48,262 bases of DNA from an uncultured Slackia sp. GTDB lineage: Bacteria; Actinomycetota; Coriobacteriia; Coriobacteriales; Eggerthellaceae. Shown here piece after piece: positions 18,770-28,546 of this stretch (position 1 is its first letter; every line of letters starts with the position of its first letter). The stretch spans positions 1 to 48,262 of the forward strand of contig CAYTIS010000001.1 in the NCBI GenBank assembly GCA_964438035.1. Direction: 5' to 3'. The translations under genes were made by a program, and so were the position numbers. Below the pieces are notes generated by a model, which made no database searches, was not told the DNA's origin, and saw nothing but the letters and a program-made list of their open reading frames with translations.

Positions 18770-19568
18770 CAGCCACGTCCTTCCTGAGCCGATGGTAGTT
18801 ACGCAGGGCCAACAGCGCCGTTAAGGCAAACACGAGAAGAAACGGCAACAGAAACTCCGGATTGTCCCACACCCAGTACTTCTCGCACAAAGCCGCCCTG
18901 TTGGCGGTAGCAAAAAACGTAATGGGGTTAAACGCCATGACCTGATTGAGCCAAGAAATATCAAGATTGGCCACGTTATAGATAATCCCCGACACCCAAA
19001 ACAGGGGGGTGGAGAAAGCCCTGAGCATATTACTGAAGTCTTTGGAGATGGCCGAAAGCGGTGAGGCCATAACCGAGAAGATCACCCAAAACAGAAACAT
19101 GAGCACCCATATGAGCGGCAGCTGGATGATGTGGATACTCAGCTGCACGCCCGTGACCAGGCACACCAAAAGCAGACCCGCCATAAGGCACAAGAAGATG
19201 ATGAATTCGGAAAGCGCGTAGACATTGGAGATGGCTGAGAGCGGGAAGTGGATGCGGTTGACCAAAAAGGGATAGCGTCGATAGACATTGGAACCCACAT
19301 TAAGCATGCTCTGCATGAAAAACCAGGGAATGAGACCAGAGGCCAGCCAGAGAATATAAGGGTAGTCGCCCGTGGTGCTGCCCGCTCGCAGTCCCAGTTC
19401 AAGAGCAAACCAGAAGACCAAAATGTACATCAGCGGCTTGATAAACAACCAGGCCCATCCCAGTACCGCACCACGAACCGTCTTGCGAAGGTCGATCACT
19501 GCCAGGTTGAAAATCTGGCGACGCCACTTCCAGTTTTCTTGGAATATCTCGCGAAGCGTGGCTAGCAT
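18759..19568 (-). CDS. polysaccharide/teichoic acid ABC exporter permease (Wzm/TagG-like)
   Basis: LGWAWLFIKPL, GLIPWFF, FNPIT, six TMs; ATG 19568 after GGAG. Confidence 0.9.
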   Translation of the reverse strand: MLATLREIFQENWKWRRQIFNLAVIDLRKTVRGAVLGWAWLFIKPLMYILVFWFALELGLRAGSTTGDYPYILWLASGLIPWFFMQSMLNVGSNVYRRYPFLVNRIHFPLSAISNVYALSEFIIFLCLMAGLLLVCLVTGVQLSIHIIQLPLIWVLMFLFWVIFSVMASPLSAISKDFSNMLRAFSTPLFWVSGIIYNVANLDISWLNQVMAFNPITFFATANRAALCEKYWVWDNPEFLLPFLLVFALTALLALRNYHRLRKDVADVI

Positions 19569-19844
19569 GCCGCACTCCGATGTAAAGCACCTATGGTCAC
19601 GAAAATGTTTCCCCTTGCTATAAACCAAGCCCACCATCACCGACCGAATCTGCCAACCACGTAAGAGGTGGTGTCTGCGCAGGCGGCCTCAAGCGAGCAC
19701 TCCTGTTTTGCTCTCGAGTGTGAAACCATACCATGCTTCGGTAATTGGGGCCAACCCTCGCGCTGAGAATGCCTTAGTCACGACCACCGAAATAACGGAT
19801 GAAAGGCCTTGAGACAAAAATCTAGCAGATGCAAGGGGAATATC

Positions 19845-20972
19845 CTACCGCCTCAGCTCGGCTTCCACCAGATCGAAGGCAGCAGCGATGGCTTTATCCA
19901 TGTCGTAGTACTTATAGCCGCCCAAACGCCCAGCAAATACCACATCGCCCTGGTCAGCAGCACGCTTGGCATAGGCAGCATAGAGGCTCTCATTATGCGC
20001 GTCGTTGAGCGGATAGTATGGCTCATCACCCGGCTGCCACGCTGCTGGATACTCGCGCGTGATCACGGTCTTGGGCAGCACCCGCCCCTTTGCGTCACGT
20101 CCAAACTCGAAATGTTTGTGCTCGATAATCCGCGTCCAGGGCACCTCGCGCTCGCTGTAATTCACCACAGCCACTCCCTGATAATCCTCTTCATCGAGAA
20201 TTTCGCTCTCAAAGCGCAGGGAACGCCAGGTAAGTTCGCCCAGTTCATAGTTAAAGTAGGCGTCAATGGGCCCGCAGTAAATGATGCGGAGCGCTATGTC
20301 AGGCTGCTCAGCAATCAGTTCCTGATACTCAACCCCGGTGCGCACCTCCACACCCTCAAGCATGCGCTCCACCATGCGCGTGTAGCCACCCACAGGAATG
20401 CCCTGGTAACGATCGTTGAAATAGTTGTTATCGTAGGTGAAGCGGCACGGCAGGCGCTTAATGATGCTGGCTGGCAGCTCCGCACACGAGCGGCCCCACT
20501 GCTTTTCGGTATAGCCTTTGACAAGCTTCTCAAAAATGTCGCGACCCACGAGCGACAGGGCCTGCTCCTCCAGGTTTTGAGGCTCGCCAATCCCTTCGGC
20601 CGCAATCTGGGTGGCAATCTTTTCGCGGGCTTGTGTCGGGGTAACAACGCCCGGCCACATTTTGGCGAAGGTGTTCATGTTGAAGGGCATGTTGTACACC
20701 TCGCCCTGATAGAGAGCCACCGGCGCGTTGACAAAGTGATTGAACTCGGCGAAGCGGTTCACGTAGTCCCAAACGTTTTTGAGCGAGGTGTGAAAGATAT
20801 GCGCACCGTAAACGTGCACGTTAATGCCCTCAACCTCCTGGGTATACACGTTACCGGCGATGTGGTCGCGCCGGTCAATGACCAGGCAGGTCTTGCCAAG
20901 GGCTGTTGCCTCATGAGCAAAGACCGCACCCGTGAGGCCGGCCCCTACAATCAGATAGTCATACTGGGACAT
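19845..20972 (-). CDS. glf: UDP-galactopyranose mutase
   Basis: VGAGLTG, YGAHIFHT, YTEKQWG, RIIEHKHF, EPYYP, GRLGGYKYYDMD. Confidence 0.97.
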   Translation of the reverse strand: MSQYDYLIVGAGLTGAVFAHEATALGKTCLVIDRRDHIAGNVYTQEVEGINVHVYGAHIFHTSLKNVWDYVNRFAEFNHFVNAPVALYQGEVYNMPFNMNTFAKMWPGVVTPTQAREKIATQIAAEGIGEPQNLEEQALSLVGRDIFEKLVKGYTEKQWGRSCAELPASIIKRLPCRFTYDNNYFNDRYQGIPVGGYTRMVERMLEGVEVRTGVEYQELIAEQPDIALRIIYCGPIDAYFNYELGELTWRSLRFESEILDEEDYQGVAVVNYSEREVPWTRIIEHKHFEFGRDAKGRVLPKTVITREYPAAWQPGDEPYYPLNDAHNESLYAAYAKRAADQGDVVFAGRLGGYKYYDMDKAIAAAFDLVEAELRR

Positions 20973-21233
20973 GAGATCCTCCGTTTCGTGGCGTTGCGCC
21001 CTGCGCTCTAAAGCCCTGCCAAACGCGCCCGCCCCGCCTCAGACAACGCAGACACCACCTAACACCTTAACAAAGACGAAAGGTGCTAACAGCACAGCAG
21101 ACAGAGATTCGCAGCATCTCTGTGGAGCTGCAGTATCACTGTGTTCTGCGAGACAGGCGCACGCTGTCCAAACGCGCTAGAATCTTTCGACGCATTTTCG
21201 CCCATCCCACGCAGGCAGAACAGGAGCCTTTTC

Positions 21234-23567
21234 GTGTCTATCGATTCTTCTTCGCCCCGCAGCACCCACGCAGCCCAAACTGTGGATACCAGTGCGCCCT
21301 CCGTCACCGCAGATGCAAGCGCACCGTCTATTTTTGCCGGAGCCGAGGTAGCGCCCGTCCAGGCTGCCCGCGCCGCATCGTCTGTTCCCAACGCTGCCGC
21401 CACCTCCGATGCTGCAGGCCATCTCGAAAGAGCCGCTGCCGCCGCTGACTCTGCCGCCGCTATCTCCGACCCCGTCTTCGTCGAAGAGCAGAACCACCTG
21501 AGCCGCACGCATGCCGCACTCAAGGACCTGGAAGCAGCTCTTCTTGCCAAGATTGCCAAGACGCATGCTGCGGTAGCCGCCGACAAGGAGGCCATGGCGG
21601 GCGAGTTTGGCGTGAACCTGGAGACCGACGATGATGCCTCGGAAACCTACGCCGACATCGCGGCCGCCAACCGCATCATCGATATGTACAACCTGACCGA
21701 GGATATCAACGTTCGCCGCCTGGCTGACGCGCGACTCCTGCTTACCCAGCCCTACTTCGCCAAGGTGGTTCTTCAGTTCAAGGAGGGTGAGTCGCCCAAG
21801 GAAATCTACATCGGCGCGGCCGGGGCCTCCGATGAGCACTACCGCAGGCTTGTCGTGGACTGGCGCAGCCCCGTGGCCGAAACCTACTATAACCAGGATC
21901 TAGGCCCCACCAGCTACCACGCCAACGGGCGCCAGATCCGCGTTGACATGCAGCTGCGCCGCCAGTTTGACATCGAAGGTGCCACCCTCAACGCCTATTT
22001 CGACACCGACGTGGCCATTCAAGACTCACTTCTGTTGGCATCGCTGTCGCGCCAGCGCGACGGACACATGCAGGCTATCACCGCCACTATCCAAAAGGAG
22101 CAGAACCTGGTAGTGCGCCATGAAGACGTGCCCGTGCTGCTGGTGTCAGGCATCGCGGGCTCGGGCAAGACAAGCGTGCTCTTGCAGCGGATTGCCTACC
22201 TCTTTTACCGCCGCCGTGACGACCTTGATCCCCGCGAGGTGGTGCTCGTTACGCCCAACCCGGTATTTCGTCGCTACATCGACACCGTGCTGCCCGATAT
22301 GGGGGAACAAAACCCCCGCACCATCACCTGGAATGAATTTGCTGCACAGTGCCTGCCCAAGGGCTTGGGCGGCAGCCTTGATGTGCCACTGGACGATCTG
22401 CTTGAGCTTGAGCGACGCATTGATGAGGTGAAACTTGAACCCCGCGACTTCAAAGACATCGAAAGCGACGGGGTGGTACTCATCTCAGCGGCGCAGGTGG
22501 CCCGGGTTGCCGCGCTGTTCCCGCGCGTGCCCGCCGGCCCGCGCCTTGCAGCCCTCATGCGCGAAGAGCTTGAGGAGCGCCTCACCGCCCGCATCAAACA
22601 ACTGGCCGCAACCGAGGCCACACAGGCTGAAATTCTCGACCTTCCCACCGCCACACAGGTACAAATCTTTGGTGAGCCGATTGCGCCCCAGACCGACACA
22701 GAGGCGCGTGCGCTGGCCCTCACCTACCTCATGCAGCGCCACGCCGATGCCTTTGCGGCAGTTCAGGCTGACGAATGGCTGCGCATCGACCGCATCGGCA
22801 TGCGCCTGACCGGGGCCACAAGCCTCACGCCTGTCTCCTGGCTCTTCCTCAAAATGGCGCTCACCAATATGGGTGAGCCCTCAGTGAAATACGTGATGGT
22901 TGACGAAGTACAGGACTACACCTGCGCCCAACTGGCGGTACTGGCCCGCTACTTCCGTCGTGCACACTTTTTGCTCTTAGGCGATGAGAACCAGGCCATC
23001 AAAGAGCGCACAGCCTCCTTCGCCGAGGTGCGCGCCACCTTTGAGGCCCTGCGCGGACCAGTGGACGAGTGCCGCCTCATGACCAGTTATCGCTCAGCCC
23101 CCGCCATCACGGCCTTATTCACGCGCCTGATGCCACCCGATGACCGCGTGCACGTGCGCTCGATTCAGCGTGATGATAAGTCGCCAAAGATTTTAGCCTG
23201 CCCCCATGAGAAGGCCTGGCGTGCCGCTGTATGCGAGGCCGTGGATGAGGCACGGGGCCGCGAGGATCTGACGGCGATTATCGCCCCCTGGAAGCAAGAG
23301 GCGGCCAAGCTGGTGGAGCTGCTCAATGGAGCAGTGCCTTTGGTGGACGGAGCGCATGCCATCCCTGAAACCGGAGCCTTCGTCATCACCCTGCCACTTG
23401 CCAAGGGCCTGGAATTCGACCATGTGATCATTCCCGATGCCAGCGCCCGCGTCTATAACGGAAGCGACCTGGCACGCCGACGCCTCTACACCGCCGTGTC
23501 GCGCGCCACCCGCCAGGTCACCATCCTAGCCAACGGCCCGCTCACGCCCCTGCTGAGCGAGAAGTAA
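21234..23567 (+). CDS. helD: RNA polymerase recycling ATPase HelD-like (SF1 helicase-like)
   Basis: PYFAK, DWRSP, ITATIQKEQ, GIAGSGKT, VDEVQD, KGLEFD, LYTAVSRA; GTG 21234 after AGGAG, TAGAAT at 21178. Confidence 0.88.
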   Translation: MSIDSSSPRSTHAAQTVDTSAPSVTADASAPSIFAGAEVAPVQAARAASSVPNAAATSDAAGHLERAAAAADSAAAISDPVFVEEQNHLSRTHAALKDLEAALLAKIAKTHAAVAADKEAMAGEFGVNLETDDDASETYADIAAANRIIDMYNLTEDINVRRLADARLLLTQPYFAKVVLQFKEGESPKEIYIGAAGASDEHYRRLVVDWRSPVAETYYNQDLGPTSYHANGRQIRVDMQLRRQFDIEGATLNAYFDTDVAIQDSLLLASLSRQRDGHMQAITATIQKEQNLVVRHEDVPVLLVSGIAGSGKTSVLLQRIAYLFYRRRDDLDPREVVLVTPNPVFRRYIDTVLPDMGEQNPRTITWNEFAAQCLPKGLGGSLDVPLDDLLELERRIDEVKLEPRDFKDIESDGVVLISAAQVARVAALFPRVPAGPRLAALMREELEERLTARIKQLAATEATQAEILDLPTATQVQIFGEPIAPQTDTEARALALTYLMQRHADAFAAVQADEWLRIDRIGMRLTGATSLTPVSWLFLKMALTNMGEPSVKYVMVDEVQDYTCAQLAVLARYFRRAHFLLLGDENQAIKERTASFAEVRATFEALRGPVDECRLMTSYRSAPAITALFTRLMPPDDRVHVRSIQRDDKSPKILACPHEKAWRAAVCEAVDEARGREDLTAIIAPWKQEAAKLVELLNGAVPLVDGAHAIPETGAFVITLPLAKGLEFDHVIIPDASARVYNGSDLARRRLYTAVSRATRQVTILANGPLTPLLSEK

Positions 23568-23638
23568 GAAGGTAGGCAGTTTCCACGCCATGCGCCGGGC
23601 TCAACATCTGCGGCCGACCCTCCGCTCCCTCATATCCG

Positions 23639-23667
23639 CATTTTGTACAACATTTTGTACAAAAATG
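23639..23667. repeat. AT-rich 12-bp tandem repeat/palindrome (CATTTTGTACAA x2)
   Basis: Exact copies at 23639-23650 and 23651-23662; TTTTGTACAAAA is palindromic. Confidence 0.85.
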
Positions 23668-23684
23668 AACATGTCTCCGTTTGT

Positions 23685-25463
23685 TCATCTATCCTGCCCG
23701 CTACACCCCTGGATGCGCTCGCGCTCGGTGCGGGCAGCTGTAAGCATCTCCGCAGCATGAGCCTTGGAGGCCTGGCGCGCGTCGCCTGAGAGCATGCGTG
23801 CCACCTCGGCCACGCGCTCGTCGCCCTCAATGAGGGCCAGCTCGGTCTCGGGCAGTCCATCGCGGCCGTCAATCTTGCGAACCAGATAGTGAGCCTCGCC
23901 AAACACCGCCACCTGGGCTAGATGCGTCACCACAATCACCTGATGCGTGGCAGCCAAATCGACAAGCACCGCCGCCAGCGCGCGGGCCGCCGAGCCGCCC
24001 ACCCCAGCATCTACCTCGTCAAACACGAGCGTGCTGCTGGGGTCAGCCGACCCTAAGGCCACCTTACACGCCAGCATCACGCGACTCATTTCGCCACCGG
24101 AGGCAATGCGCGCCAGAGGCCGAGCAGTCATACCCTCGGCCGGACGATATAGAAATTCCACCTTCGAAGGACCTGTGCGCGTCCACTGCGGACGGGGCAG
24201 GGCCTCAAGCGTGCACACCAGCTCGGCCGTACCCATCTCAAGGCGAGCAAGCCCTCGGTTCACCGCTTCGGCAAAGCGGGGCGCGGCCTGGGCGCGAGCC
24301 TCATCAAGGGCCTGGGCGCGCGCGGCCAGCTCGGCCTCGGCTGCGTCAAGGGCGGCCTGGGCGCGGGCCACCAAATTGGCAGCATCATCCACCGCCGCCA
24401 CCGTGCGCGCGGCCTCTTCCCGACGAGCCAGCACGTCATGCATGCGCGGACCGTAGGTGCGCATAAGACCCTGGAGCGTGCCCGCCCGTTCCTGCATCCG
24501 CTCCAGAGCGGCCGGGTCATGCTCGATACCCTCGCGATAGACACGTACGTCGCGAGCAGCATCCTCCAGGGCGTAGCTTGCGTCGGTCAGAGCCTCCACC
24601 ACACCGGAAAGCCCGGAATCAATACGTGCGGCCTGTTCAAGAGCGCGGATTGCCGCATGGGTGGCATCCACCGCCCCGCCCTCGCGCGAGAGGGCTGCAT
24701 GAGCTGCCTGAGCTGCCTGAGCCAAAGCCTCAGCATTTTCCACCCGGGGAAGGTCGCGCATGATTTGATCGTATTCCTCTTGGGAAGGCCGGGCCTCGTC
24801 AATCTGGGCGAGCACGAAGCGGGCCTGGGAAAGCTGTTCGGAGGAGGCCTGGGCGGCCTGCTGCACGCGCGCCAACTCACGCTCAGCCTCAAGAGCCGCT
24901 ACAAGCGCCGTACGATAGGCCTTGAGGGGAACCTGAACCACCGCTCCCGCCCAGGCATCGAGAAGTGCGGCATGACGGGTCACCTTAAGGAGATGCTGAT
25001 GTTCATGCTGACCGCACAAATCCACGCTGCTGCCCACCGTAGAGGCCAGCTGGCTTACCGTGGCCATCGCCCCATCGATATTCACGCGACTACGCCCATC
25101 GGCACCTACCCGACGGCGCACCACACAGGCATCAGCCGGCGCGGACGAGTCAGCTAAGAAAGCCTGCTCACTTGACTCATCCCCATCTGGCGCAGCTGCG
25201 GTGCTCCCCTCTATAGCATCCAAAGCTACCGCAGCGCCATCCTCAGGCACATCGAGAAAAAAGCGGCCTTCCACCAGGGCAAAGGTCGCCCCCTCGCGCA
25301 CCGTGGCCGAGTCGGCCCGCTCGCCAACCAGCAGCTTCAAGGCCTCCAAAAGCGCCGTCTTACCCGCCCCACTCTCACCGGTAATCACGGTCAAGCCGCT
25401 GGTGGGGGCAAAGGTCGCGTCGCGAATCAGGGCGACGTTATGTACGTGGACTTCGTCGAGCAT
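23685..25463 (-). CDS. recN: DNA repair protein RecN
   Basis: TGESGAGKT, GQHEHQ, ASGGEMSR, FDEVDAGVGG, VTHLAQVA; ATG 25463 after GAAGGGA. Confidence 0.96.
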   Translation of the reverse strand: MLDEVHVHNVALIRDATFAPTSGLTVITGESGAGKTALLEALKLLVGERADSATVREGATFALVEGRFFLDVPEDGAAVALDAIEGSTAAAPDGDESSEQAFLADSSAPADACVVRRRVGADGRSRVNIDGAMATVSQLASTVGSSVDLCGQHEHQHLLKVTRHAALLDAWAGAVVQVPLKAYRTALVAALEAERELARVQQAAQASSEQLSQARFVLAQIDEARPSQEEYDQIMRDLPRVENAEALAQAAQAAHAALSREGGAVDATHAAIRALEQAARIDSGLSGVVEALTDASYALEDAARDVRVYREGIEHDPAALERMQERAGTLQGLMRTYGPRMHDVLARREEAARTVAAVDDAANLVARAQAALDAAEAELAARAQALDEARAQAAPRFAEAVNRGLARLEMGTAELVCTLEALPRPQWTRTGPSKVEFLYRPAEGMTARPLARIASGGEMSRVMLACKVALGSADPSSTLVFDEVDAGVGGSAARALAAVLVDLAATHQVIVVTHLAQVAVFGEAHYLVRKIDGRDGLPETELALIEGDERVAEVARMLSGDARQASKAHAAEMLTAARTERERIQGCSGQDR

Positions 25464-25736
25464 GGCGCATCCCTTCTCAAGACCCGTCCCCGCAAGGGGC
25501 GTATCCCCGGCATTATCGCGCAGCACAATAAGCACGACGGCGCCCGAGTTTCCAAAGAGCGGCAAAGCTTCGAAAAGAAGGGACGAAATGATATGTCCAA
25601 AATTTTGAAGAAGATAGCCTAGGGTTACACAGAATGCTTACAATACGCCTCGGTATGTAATTGGCAGCCCCGCAGAGCTTGGTAGCATCGCCGATGAAGG
25701 AAGATGTGACCGCCCGCGCCTATCGAAAGGACTCAT

Positions 25737-26153
25737 ATGAAAAAGCTCTTGTTCTTTGTGCTCGCCTGGCTCTCCACCGGCCTGGGCGTACTAGGCGTAT
25801 TCCTTCCCGTGCTGCCCACCACGCCGTTTTTGCTGCTGGCCGCCTTCCTCTTCGCCAAAAGCTCGCCAAAGTACCACGCATGGCTCCGCAAAACCAAGGC
25901 ATATCAGGCCTATGTTCTGCCGTTTTTGGAGCAGGGCGGCATCTCCCTGGGCACCAAGGTTCGCATCCTTATCATCTCCTACGCTGTCATGGGATTAAGT
26001 GCGTATTTTGTCCAACGCCCGCTCGTGTGGGGGATTCTCGGTGCGGTGGCCTTGTTCCTGCTGTGGCTTCTCATCGTGCGCATTCCCACCCTCGGTAAAA
26101 ACCCGCAGGAAAACCAAGCTCGGGCCACAAAGGCGGAGTCGGAAGAAGCCTAG
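25737..26153 (+). CDS. YbaN/DUF454 family membrane protein
   Basis: LGVFLPVLPTTPFLLLAAFLFAKSS signature. Confidence 0.92.
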   Translation: MKKLLFFVLAWLSTGLGVLGVFLPVLPTTPFLLLAAFLFAKSSPKYHAWLRKTKAYQAYVLPFLEQGGISLGTKVRILIISYAVMGLSAYFVQRPLVWGILGAVALFLLWLLIVRIPTLGKNPQENQARATKAESEEA

Positions 26154-26193
26154 CACAGATTACCAAGCGCTCCAGAAGCGGCGCTCACGTAGC

Positions 26194-26640
26194 CTAAAGA
26201 TTCTCGGTGTCCAACCAGATGGTAAAGGGACCGTCATTGACCAGCTCCACCTGCATCATCGCTCCGAAGACACCCGTCTGCACCCGCCCTAAATCCGCAC
26301 GCACCAGCGCGGTGAAATACTCATAGAGCTGTTCGGCCACATCGGGTGCGCCCGCCTCGGTAAAGGAGGGACGATTGCCCTTCTTGCAGCTGGCGTAGAG
26401 CGTAAACTGGCTCACCACCAGCACCTCACCGCCCACCTCTGCAAGGCTTAGGTTGGTCTTGCCCGCCCCATCCTCAAAGATGCGCATGTTCGCAATCTTT
26501 GACCAGAGCCTGTGGGCCTGCGCTTCGCCGTCGTTTTTTCCCACGCCTAAGAGTACCAGCAGCCCCTTACCAATGCTGCCACTCACCTCGCCATCCACGC
26601 TGACGCGTGCTCGCTCAACGCGCTGGATAAGTGCCCTCAT
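26194..26640 (-). CDS. dtd: D-aminoacyl-tRNA deacylase
   Basis: [24 protein letters not shown]; overlaps the trpS 3' end. Confidence 0.96.
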   Translation of the reverse strand: MRALIQRVERARVSVDGEVSGSIGKGLLVLLGVGKNDGEAQAHRLWSKIANMRIFEDGAGKTNLSLAEVGGEVLVVSQFTLYASCKKGNRPSFTEAGAPDVAEQLYEYFTALVRADLGRVQTGVFGAMMQVELVNDGPFTIWLDTENL

Positions 26641-27697
26641 GCTGCTCCTCATACACCATCCCCATGGCCTCACGAACCTCGTTGAGGGTTGCCTCGGCAA
26701 TCTTATTGGCACGCTTATTGCCCTCGTGCAGCACGTCTTTGATATAGTCAAGATCCCGCTCAAGGGTGCGCCTGCGCTCGCGATGCGGGGCTAAAAACTC
26801 ATTCACGCTCTCGGTCACGTACTTCTTGAGCGCACCAGCGCCCCCCTCACCGATCTCTTCGGCAATGTCTTGCTCGCTGCGCCCCGTGCACAGCGCTGCC
26901 GTGGTAAGCAGGGCTGACACACCGGGGCGCCCCTCCCTGTCAAAGGTGATGCGGCGCTCGGAATCGGTCTGGCTCTTTTTGATGAGCTTGGCCGTTTCCT
27001 CCTCGCTGGCACCGAGCATGATGGAATTACCGTAGCTCTTGGACATCTTGCGCCCATCAAGCCCCGGAATCTCGATGGCGTCGGAAAGAATCGCATCGGG
27101 CTCGGGAAAGACCTTGCCATAGCGGTTGTTAAAACGCCGCGCAATCTGGCGCGTAATCTCGATATGGGGCAGCTGATCTTTGCCCACAGGTACGATATTG
27201 GCCTTGCAAAACAAGATGTCGCAGGCTTGGTGCACCGGATAGGTAAGCAGCAGGCCCGTCAGCTCATGGCCACTGGCCTCCATCTCGGCCTTAACCGTGG
27301 GATTGCGCTGGAGCTCCGCTTCGCTTACCACGCTCAAAAACGGGAGCATAAGCTGGTTGCAGGCCGGTACGGCGGAATGCGTGTAGATGATGGTTTTGGC
27401 GGGGTCAATGCCGGCTGCGATGTAATCCATCACCATGTTGTAGACGTTGTCCTGAATGTGTTCGGTGGTGTCGCGGTCGGTGATGACCTGGTAGTCCGCA
27501 ATGAGCACCAAACACTCAATGCCCGCCTCCTGCATCTGCACGCGGTTGAGGATGCTGCCAAAATAATGCCCCAGATGGAGCCGCCCGGTGGGGCGATCGC
27601 CCGTGAGCATACGGTAGCGGCCAGGGTTGTTGGATATATCGGCGCGGATGGCGTCGCTGCGCTTGAGACTGGCCTCGAAGCTTCCTTCGTTGGGCAT
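26615..27697 (-). CDS. trpS: tryptophan-tRNA ligase
   Basis: [26 protein letters not shown]; ATG 27697. Confidence 0.96.
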   Translation of the reverse strand: MPNEGSFEASLKRSDAIRADISNNPGRYRMLTGDRPTGRLHLGHYFGSILNRVQMQEAGIECLVLIADYQVITDRDTTEHIQDNVYNMVMDYIAAGIDPAKTIIYTHSAVPACNQLMLPFLSVVSEAELQRNPTVKAEMEASGHELTGLLLTYPVHQACDILFCKANIVPVGKDQLPHIEITRQIARRFNNRYGKVFPEPDAILSDAIEIPGLDGRKMSKSYGNSIMLGASEEETAKLIKKSQTDSERRITFDREGRPGVSALLTTAALCTGRSEQDIAEEIGEGGAGALKKYVTESVNEFLAPHRERRRTLERDLDYIKDVLHEGNKRANKIAEATLNEVREAMGMVYEEQHEGTYPAR

Positions 27698-27759
27698 GGC
27701 GAACCCCCTCTGATCGGTACTCACTCGCGCCACGGCGCGACCTCGCATAAACGAGCGGT

Positions 27760-27768
27760 ATGGTACCA
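27760..27768 (-). promoter_or_regulatory. putative extended -10 of trpS (TGGTACCAT)
   Basis: TGnTAnnnT motif upstream of trpS. Confidence 0.45.
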
Positions 27769-27841
27769 CGATGCACAGGACTGCACGCTATGACAGTCGA
27801 CACCAGCCATAATGCGGCAGCGCTCCAGCACCTCTTCCCTC

Positions 27842-27850
27842 TGCTATAGT
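27842..27850 (+). promoter_or_regulatory. extended -10 (TGCTATAGT), probable leaderless promoter of yigZ
   Basis: 8 nt upstream of ATG 27859, no SD. Confidence 0.55.
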
Positions 27851-27858
27851 GGCGGGCC

Positions 27859-28494
27859 ATGGATACCTACACCACCATAGAAGCCCGCGTCCAGGCTCAG
27901 ATCGAAGAAAAGAAGAGCCGTTTCATTGCCAGTCTTGCCCCGGTTGCCACCGAGGAGGCGGCCCTTGCCTTTCTCGAAGAGGTCCGCGCTGCCAACCGTC
28001 TGGCCCGCCACAACGTCTACGCCTATATCGTGCGTGCAGGCGGAGCGGGTGCGGCGGGACGGGTACGCTACTCCGACGATGGCGAGCCGGCCAAAACCGC
28101 CGGGCTTCCCACCCTGGAAGCCCTCCAGCACGCCGGGCTGACCGATGTGGCCTGCGTGGTGACCCGCTATTTCGGCGGAGTACTGCTGGGAACCGGCGGG
28201 CTGGTGCGCGCCTACACCCAGGCAACCCAGGCCGCCATCGCTGCGGCAACCCTCATCGAAATCTGCCGCTGTGTGGACATTCGCATCCGCGCGCCTTATG
28301 CCCTCTACGAGCAGACCGCACGGGCGGCAGGCGAATGCGGCGCAAAGGTACTGGATACCCGCTACGCTGAAGACGTAAGCCTGGTGGTGCGCATGCGCGA
28401 GGGTAGCGAGGAAGCCCTGCTCGCCCGGCTCACCGAGCTGTTCTGCGGCAGGGAAGACGTGAGCGTGAGCGCACCCCTTGAAGCGGCGCTATAG
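27859..28494 (+). CDS. YigZ/IMPACT family protein
   Basis: KKSRF, ARHNVYAY, SDDGEPxxTAG, VTRYFGGVLLGTGGLVRAY. Confidence 0.94.
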   Translation: MDTYTTIEARVQAQIEEKKSRFIASLAPVATEEAALAFLEEVRAANRLARHNVYAYIVRAGGAGAAGRVRYSDDGEPAKTAGLPTLEALQHAGLTDVACVVTRYFGGVLLGTGGLVRAYTQATQAAIAAATLIEICRCVDIRIRAPYALYEQTARAAGECGAKVLDTRYAEDVSLVVRMREGSEEALLARLTELFCGREDVSVSAPLEAAL

Positions 28495-28546
28495 GAGCGG
28501 CACCTGGCACTGGAGGGAACGTTTGTAGGGACGAAGCTGCCAAATT

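Noticed and set aside
19694-19724. AGCACTC...GAGTG, resembling CIRCE
   Set aside because: Spacer is 13 nt rather than 9, the outer arms mismatch, and it is not upstream of chaperone genes
23651-23665. Similarity to the Gateway attB1 core (TTTGTACAAAAA), suggesting vector contamination
   Set aside because: Flanks do not match attB1 and the neighbouring genes are native
25610-25628. Possible DtxR/IdeR box upstream of ybaN (core TAGCCTA)
   Set aside because: Only 11 of 19 positions match the consensus; too weak
25464-25736. LexA box upstream of recN
   Set aside because: No CGAAC-N4-GTTCG match found
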